From the sequence record DRR723986_585: a stretch of 64,000 nucleotides of DNA; one strand, 5' to 3'. The notes below the pieces were generated by a model. The model searched no databases and had not been told where the DNA came from. It saw only the letters and a list, made by a program, of their open reading frames with translations. Numbering within the stretch: position 1 is the first letter of the stretch; each line of letters opens with the position of its first letter. The position numbers and the translations under genes are program-made. This document shows, in pieces, positions 58,099 through 64,000 of the stretch.

Positions 58099-60392
58099 TT
58101 TGCTTTTTCAAGCCTGATTTCAACAAACTTAGAAACAGGTGTATTACTCCCTTTTGCAACACTTTTTAGCGGAACCAAGACATTCGCCTCAGGAAAATAA
58201 GTCGCAACACATCCTTTGGCAATGTCATATGCAACAATTTTGAAATAATTAGCCTTTCGTTCTTCACCATTGAATTCACTCACCAAATGCACAACATCTA
58301 GTTCCTTAAATCCTTGACTTTTAATATCCAGTTCGTTCATTAGAACAACCCTACGCTCTCCCTCTACCCCACGATACCTATCATCCATTCCATAAATGGT
58401 GGTATTGTATTGATCATGAGTTCTAATGGTCATCATGATTAAATTACCTTCTTTAACCTTTCGATTCGGCGCTTCAATCACCGAAAAATTCGCCTTTCCA
58501 TCAGGCGTTGTAAACTTTCTATCTCTTGCTCCATTTGGCAAGTAAAAGCCTTGAGGAATTCTAACTCGTTTATTATAATTTTCGAATCCACTAATTGTTG
58601 CTTCAATATGATTACGAATCACGTCATAGTTTTCCTCCATTTCAGACCAGTTAACCGGACTATCCCCAAAAGTAGCAGCACCTATTTTGGCAACAATTGC
58701 CGGCTCACTCATTAAATCATTTGAAGGAGGATCTAATCTCCCTTGACTTTTATGAACTACTCCCATTGAGTTTTCTACAGACACAAATTGTAAGCCTGAC
58801 GCTTGTTCATCCCTGTCAGATCTAGCGAGACAAGGCAATATTATCGCCTCATTTCCAGTCACCAAATGAGATCTATTCAATTTCGTTGAAATTTGAACTG
58901 TCATTTCACAATTCTGAATAGCCTCACCTGTTAATTGACTATCCGGTGTTGCCGAAATAAAATTCCCCCCCATAAACATGAAAAACTTCACTTTTTTATC
59001 TAAACAAGCCTGGATAGATTCTACGGCATCAACCCCATGTTTTCTGGGCGACTGTATCCCGAAGTGTTTATTTAAATTATCAAGAAAATCATCCTTAGGT
59101 TTTTCCCAAATCCCCATGGTTCTGTCTCCTTGAACATTTGAATGCCCTCTTACTGGGCATGTTCCAGCACCTGGTTTTCCAATACTCCCTTTAAGAAGGA
59201 GGATATTTACCACTTCCTTTATATTGTTAACTCCGTTTTCATGCTGAGTCAATCCCATTGCCCAACAGATGATAATTTTTTGTTTAGCTATAAACAGTTT
59301 GGCAACCTCTCTAATTTGACTTTCAGCGATACCTGACTGAGCCACCATTTCATTAAAATCAGTTTTTCGAACATCCGCTATTAACTCATCATAACCATTG
59401 GTAAATTCAGCTATAAAATCTAAATCAAACACTGTACCTGGAGCTTTTTCTTCAGCTTCAAGCATTAAAATCATAATTGCCTTTAATAATGCTACATCAC
59501 CATTAATTTTAACTTGTAAGTAGTGATCTGTTAATTGGGTACCACCTTTTATAATTGCTAATGGATTTTGCGGATCAACAAAAACATTATTTCCTGCCTC
59601 AGGAATCGGATTAACTGAAACGATTTTACCACCATTCTTTTTGCACTTTTCTAAGGCCGTCAACATTCTTGGATGGTTCGTACCCGGGTTCTGCCCCATC
59701 ACGACAATCAATTCAGATTCATACAAATCATCCAAAGTCACAGACCCTTTCCCTATTCCAACAGTTTGACTCAAACCGGCACCTGATGATTCATGACACA
59801 TATTTGAGCAATCCGGTAAATTATTCGTTCCGAATTGTCTCACTAACAATTGATAGGCAAAAGCCGCTTCGTTACTAGTTCGCCCTGATGTATAAAACAC
59901 GGCCTCGTCAGGGTTATTTAGAGATTTTAGCTTCGTTGCAATCTTTTGAAAAGCATCATCCCAAGATATTTGTTCATAATGAGATGCTCCTTCTGGTAAG
60001 TACATTGGATGCGTAATTCTACCAGATTTACCGATTTTATAATCTGTCCATGTAGACATCTCTTCAACCGAATGCTTCTTAAAAAAATCTGGTGTCACTC
60101 GTTTTGAAGTTGCTTCTTCTGCAATCGCCTTTGCACCATTTTCACAGTATTCCCCTAAGCCCGAACGTTTACCATCTGGGTCAGGCCATGCACAACCCGG
60201 ACAGTCAAAACCATCCTTTTGATTCATTTTATTGAGCAATTTGATCCCTTTCCAAACTCCCATCTCCTTTGAGATATGCCTCATAGTTGATACAATCGCT
60301 GGCACACCTACCGCTTTTTTCTTTGCTTTTGATAATTTTAAATTCTCAAAGTTTTCTGGAGGTAAAATTTGAACCTTTCTCTTTGTTGTCAT
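58095..60392 (-). CDS. FdhF/YdeP-family molybdopterin oxidoreductase
   Basis: GFDCPGCAWPD, CENGAKA, YTSGRTSNEAA, PDCSNMCHESS, RGHSNVQGDRTMG, RTHDQYNTTIYG; start ATG 60392. Confidence 0.93.
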   Translation of the reverse strand: MTTKRKVQILPPENFENLKLSKAKKKAVGVPAIVSTMRHISKEMGVWKGIKLLNKMNQKDGFDCPGCAWPDPDGKRSGLGEYCENGAKAIAEEATSKRVTPDFFKKHSVEEMSTWTDYKIGKSGRITHPMYLPEGASHYEQISWDDAFQKIATKLKSLNNPDEAVFYTSGRTSNEAAFAYQLLVRQFGTNNLPDCSNMCHESSGAGLSQTVGIGKGSVTLDDLYESELIVVMGQNPGTNHPRMLTALEKCKKNGGKIVSVNPIPEAGNNVFVDPQNPLAIIKGGTQLTDHYLQVKINGDVALLKAIMILMLEAEEKAPGTVFDLDFIAEFTNGYDELIADVRKTDFNEMVAQSGIAESQIREVAKLFIAKQKIIICWAMGLTQHENGVNNIKEVVNILLLKGSIGKPGAGTCPVRGHSNVQGDRTMGIWEKPKDDFLDNLNKHFGIQSPRKHGVDAVESIQACLDKKVKFFMFMGGNFISATPDSQLTGEAIQNCEMTVQISTKLNRSHLVTGNEAIILPCLARSDRDEQASGLQFVSVENSMGVVHKSQGRLDPPSNDLMSEPAIVAKIGAATFGDSPVNWSEMEENYDVIRNHIEATISGFENYNKRVRIPQGFYLPNGARDRKFTTPDGKANFSVIEAPNRKVKEGNLIMMTIRTHDQYNTTIYGMDDRYRGVEGERRVVLMNELDIKSQGFKELDVVHLVSEFNGEERKANYFKIVAYDIAKGCVATYFPEANVLVPLKSVAKGSNTPVSKFVEIRLEKAN

Positions 60393-60477
60393 GTCATTTT
60401 TTTCAAGTCTGCTAAAGATAAACAAAATATCACTTTTTTTAACGGACTGTTATTTTGATATTTACTAAATTCATCCA

Positions 60478-62511
60478 GTGAAATTAACTCTAATCATACT
60501 GTTTCTTGCGTCCAGCGTTTCATTTTCACAATACAGTGAAAAAAAACAGCAGGCAATTGACTCATTAAAATCAATTGCTGAAAGCAATGCGCATGACACA
60601 ATTCGAATAAAAGCATACTTAGATTGGGATAATTATATCTACCAGGACGATATAGATTTGGACATTAAAATTGGCAGGACTGTTTTAAAGTTGACTCAGA
60701 ATGGTTTAGAAAAAAAAGGAATCAGCCCAGCAGAGCATGAATTTTACTACGAAAAGCGTTCTATGTGTTACAACATTTTAGGGCTAGGCTTGTGCAGCAA
60801 AGGAAATTATATAGAATCTCAAAAATACTTTGAAAAATGCGTTTCTGCCGCAGAAATGGCTAACGACACGAATCATATCAGCAGTGGATTAAATGGCCTT
60901 GGAATGATTATGCAAATTCAAGGTAATTATGAAAAAAGTATTTCTTATTACGAAAAGTGCTTAGAAATGATAGATGATGATGATTATTCTATAGGAATTT
61001 TTCTGAACAACATAGGCCTATCCTATTACGACTTAGGAAAACCGAAGTTAGCTATCAATACCTATCAAAAATCTCTTTACCACTCTGGTTTAGCTGGGGA
61101 CATGTTCAACCAGGCAAATACCTTGGGAAATATTGCCGAAATTTATTTTAAAGCGGGTAATAAAGATTCTGCCTTTTATTACTTGAATAAGGCATTAGAT
61201 TTAGATGAAGCTGCTGGCGCATCAGCCGGAAATATTTTTCGTAGGATAAAATTGGGCTATTACTATCAACAATCTGGACAAGCAGAAAACGGACTCACGC
61301 ATTGTTTAATTGCAGAAGAACTTAACAAGGAAAATTACACGCTCTCTAATCATGTAGATTGTCATGAGTGCCTCTACCTCTGCTATAAAGATCTAAGTAG
61401 AATTGATAAAGCCTTTCATCACCTTGAGCAATATAAACAGCTGAACGATTCATTGAATAAGGAAACGGCAACTAAAGAAATATTAGAGAAAGAGTATAAT
61501 TTCACCTATGAAAAACAAAGAATAGAAGACAGCTTAGCAATTGCTAACCAACAAACTGTTAAAGAAATTCAACTTAAGGCTGACCTTACTAGTAAAACCT
61601 ACATCCAATACATTCTTTATCTGGGGATTGTAGCTTTATTAATTATCGCCTTTGCAATTTTCAGAAATTACAAAATCAAGAAGAAAGATAACGAAGTCAT
61701 TTCAGCCCAAAAAAGGATGGTTGAAAATCAAAAGCATTTGGTTGAAGAAAAAAATCAAGAAATTACCGATTCTATCACCTACGCCAAACGCTTGCAAGAG
61801 GCTATTTTGCCTTCACAAGATAAAATCAAAGCTGTTTTGACCAATAGTTTCGTGTTATACTTACCTAAAGATATTGTAGCAGGAGACTTTTATTGGATTG
61901 AGGAATCTGGAAGCAAAGTCTTATTTGCTATTGCAGATTGCACAGGACATGGTGTGCCAGGCGCCCTTGTGAGTGTCGTTTGTAACAACGCGCTAAACAG
62001 AGCCGTGCGAGAGTTCGCCTTAACCAAACCGAGCGAGATTCTTGATAAAACGAGAGAATTAGTTATTGAAACCTTCAAATCTTCTGATACAACCGTCAAA
62101 GACGGGATGGATATCACACTTTGCTGTTTCGATCGATCTTCAAGAAAATTAGAATATGCAGGTGCCAATAACTCTTTGTATTTATTGAGAGAAGGGGAAT
62201 TAATTGAGTATAAAGCGGACAAACAACCAATTGGAACATATTCAGATCCGAAACAGTTCACCAATCATCATATTGAGGTCATTGAAGACGATCAAATCTT
62301 TTTATTCACTGATGGTTTTGCTGACCAATTTGGCGGCGAGAAAGGAAAAAAATACAAATACAAACCTTTCAAGAATTTTCTAATTGCGAATGCCAAAAAT
62401 AGCTCAGTAAAACAAAAAGCTGCTCTTGAGAATGAATTCTCAACTTGGTTGGGAGATTACGAACAAATTGATGATGTATGTATCATGGGGGTGAAATTCA
62501 ATCACCAATAA
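60478..62511 (+). CDS. TPR-sensor / TM / PP2C (SpoIIE-type) phosphatase
   Basis: Signal peptide, TPRs, one TM, coiled coil, SITYAKRLQEAILP, VAGDFYW, ADCTGHGVPGA, DGMDI, TDGFADQFGG, QIDD. Confidence 0.92.
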   Translation: MKLTLIILFLASSVSFSQYSEKKQQAIDSLKSIAESNAHDTIRIKAYLDWDNYIYQDDIDLDIKIGRTVLKLTQNGLEKKGISPAEHEFYYEKRSMCYNILGLGLCSKGNYIESQKYFEKCVSAAEMANDTNHISSGLNGLGMIMQIQGNYEKSISYYEKCLEMIDDDDYSIGIFLNNIGLSYYDLGKPKLAINTYQKSLYHSGLAGDMFNQANTLGNIAEIYFKAGNKDSAFYYLNKALDLDEAAGASAGNIFRRIKLGYYYQQSGQAENGLTHCLIAEELNKENYTLSNHVDCHECLYLCYKDLSRIDKAFHHLEQYKQLNDSLNKETATKEILEKEYNFTYEKQRIEDSLAIANQQTVKEIQLKADLTSKTYIQYILYLGIVALLIIAFAIFRNYKIKKKDNEVISAQKRMVENQKHLVEEKNQEITDSITYAKRLQEAILPSQDKIKAVLTNSFVLYLPKDIVAGDFYWIEESGSKVLFAIADCTGHGVPGALVSVVCNNALNRAVREFALTKPSEILDKTRELVIETFKSSDTTVKDGMDITLCCFDRSSRKLEYAGANNSLYLLREGELIEYKADKQPIGTYSDPKQFTNHHIEVIEDDQIFLFTDGFADQFGGEKGKKYKYKPFKNFLIANAKNSSVKQKAALENEFSTWLGDYEQIDDVCIMGVKFNHQ

Positions 62512-62702
62512 TTCATTAACAATTTAATTCTCAAAACTTTTTAATCGATTTAGTGAGATTTAACCTCCTTGCAAACTACCGTAAATATTGCAGTTTAAAA
62601 GATTTGAAAATAATCTAACATTAAATCTAAGAATCGTTATTCTAAAAATGGTCGAAGTCCTGATTTAATTCCGTAATTTTCCTTAAACTAAAATATATTT
62701 AT

Positions 62703-63782
62703 ATGAAAAGAAATTTACAAATTTTAGTGGTTGCGGGATTATTATCCGGAACGACTTTTGCCCAAAAAAATGCGGAATATGCTCCAGTGAATCACAGCGA
62801 GTTTGCCGCTAACACAGTACATGAAACTACTGACAGAGCATTATGGGATGTTCAATTAAATGTTGACCCAACTACAGTTGCAGCTGCTTTAGCAGGATGC
62901 TTCTGGGATGGAACTCAATTTTGGGTAGCACAATGGAATAGTGATTCAATTTACACATTAGACGCAACAGGAGCAGTAACTGACGACTTCGTAATTGCCG
63001 GTGTTTCTGGTGCTAGAAGTTTCACTTCTGACGGTACCAGCTTGTATATCGGAAGTGCAACAACGGCCATTTGGCAAATAGACCCAGTTGCAAAAACCCT
63101 TACTTCAACAATTAATACTTCAGGTTTAAATTGTAGATACCTTACATACGACCCTACTCTAGATGGAGGTAATGGCGGTTTTTGGACAGGTCAATATGGT
63201 GATGACATCACATCTGTAACCATGAGCGGTGCTACTATCAGCACTTTGCCTGCTACTACGCACGGGTTATCTGGTGTATATGGAATGGCTTATGATGATT
63301 ATACATTCGGAGGTCCTTATTTATGGGCTTTTGATCAAAGTACAACATCTATTGCTGACCTTGTTCAATTAGATATGACTGGTACACCAACTGGAAATAT
63401 TTATGATACACAAACTGATTTCGCTGGTGGATTAGCTGGAGGATTGTGGTTTGGAACTTTTGGAGGACAAGCTGCTTCAATTGGTGGAATTAGCCAAGGA
63501 ACCTCTTTGTTCGTATATGAAAGAACACAACCTGCTGGTTTGTCTGAAAATCCAGAAATTGATTTCACTGTATTTCCTAACCCTGTTGAAGAAACAATGA
63601 CTTTAGCGATTAACGCTGAATCAATTAATGAAGTAACTATCTACACATTAGATGGTAAAGTTTTATTAAACAGCACTTCGAAAGTGAAAACTTTTGACGT
63701 AAGTGATTACACTGCTGGTGTTTATATTGTTGAAGTAAAAACTGATAAAGGCATTGCTTCTCAAAAATTCACAAAAAAATAG
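62703..63782 (+). CDS. T9SS cargo with beta-propeller-like repeats
   Basis: Repeats WDGTQFW / SDGTSLY / YDPTLDG..GGFW / YDDYT.GGPYLW; CTD VFPNPV...GVYIV...QKFTKK. Confidence 0.85.
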   Translation: MKRNLQILVVAGLLSGTTFAQKNAEYAPVNHSEFAANTVHETTDRALWDVQLNVDPTTVAAALAGCFWDGTQFWVAQWNSDSIYTLDATGAVTDDFVIAGVSGARSFTSDGTSLYIGSATTAIWQIDPVAKTLTSTINTSGLNCRYLTYDPTLDGGNGGFWTGQYGDDITSVTMSGATISTLPATTHGLSGVYGMAYDDYTFGGPYLWAFDQSTTSIADLVQLDMTGTPTGNIYDTQTDFAGGLAGGLWFGTFGGQAASIGGISQGTSLFVYERTQPAGLSENPEIDFTVFPNPVEETMTLAINAESINEVTIYTLDGKVLLNSTSKVKTFDVSDYTAGVYIVEVKTDKGIASQKFTKK

Positions 63783-63800
63783 AGTTTATTCAACTTATAG

Positions 63801-63833
63801 AAAAGGCGTTTGATCATTCAAACGCCTTTTTTT
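63801..63833 (+). terminator. Intrinsic terminator
   Basis: AAAAGGCGTTTGA/TCAAACGCCTTTT followed by further Ts. Confidence 0.9.
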
Positions 63834-63891
63834 ATTCCAAAAATTCATTGATTACACCTCGTTCCAAGCATAATGACTATCTTCATAGTCA

Positions 63892-64000
63892 ATGAAATTT
63901 ACAGAATTAAACTTAGACGATTCGCTTTTAGAAGCATTGTCCTATATGGGGTTTGAAAATGCCACCCCAATACAAGAAAAGGCTATTCCTATTATTTTAG
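63892..64000 (+). CDS. DEAD-box RNA helicase, 5' fragment (not in the ORF track)
   Basis: Manual translation MKFTELNLDDSLLEALSYMGFENATPIQEKAIPIIL is a Q motif. Confidence 0.88.
   Translation, partial: MKFTELNLDDSLLEALSYMGFENATPIQEKAIPIIL

Noticed and set aside
58095-60392. Selenocysteine recoding in the formate dehydrogenase-like gene
   Set aside because: The frame is uninterrupted and the ligand position is Cys

Overview
AT-rich chromosomal segment of a Bacteroidota bacterium, probably Flavobacteriales (Crocinitomicaceae/Cryomorphaceae-like; inferred). The assignment rests on the short Bacteroidota primary sigma factor, TAnnTTTG promoter boxes, a GldN homologue and eight T9SS C-terminal-domain cargo proteins. 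Most of the window is housekeeping and peptide/amino-acid catabolism: tmRNA, rpoD, long GAPDH, oxyR, nth, DPP7, DPP-IV, pepD, ilvE, aroE, miaA, gltA, thiolase, two recQ, trkAH, amn, glycosylasparaginase and FdhF/YdeP. I found no mobile element, CRISPR array, rRNA or tRNA. Best candidates for undescribed biology: (1) a tightly coupled six-gene secretome operon (GEVED protein, four tandem six-bladed Kelch T9SS cargos, DUF4907-like lipoprotein); (2) a lipoprotein / beta-barrel / T9SS-propeller operon; (3) a bacterial CASTOR/POLLUX-like channel; (4) a recurring TAnnTTTG-N4-ATG architecture implying leaderless mRNAs; (5) a 6S-Flavo-like intergenic RNA; (6) an Fe-S-less Nth, an orphan GldN and a metallothionein-like lipoprotein. 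All family names come from reading motifs by eye; no database search was run.
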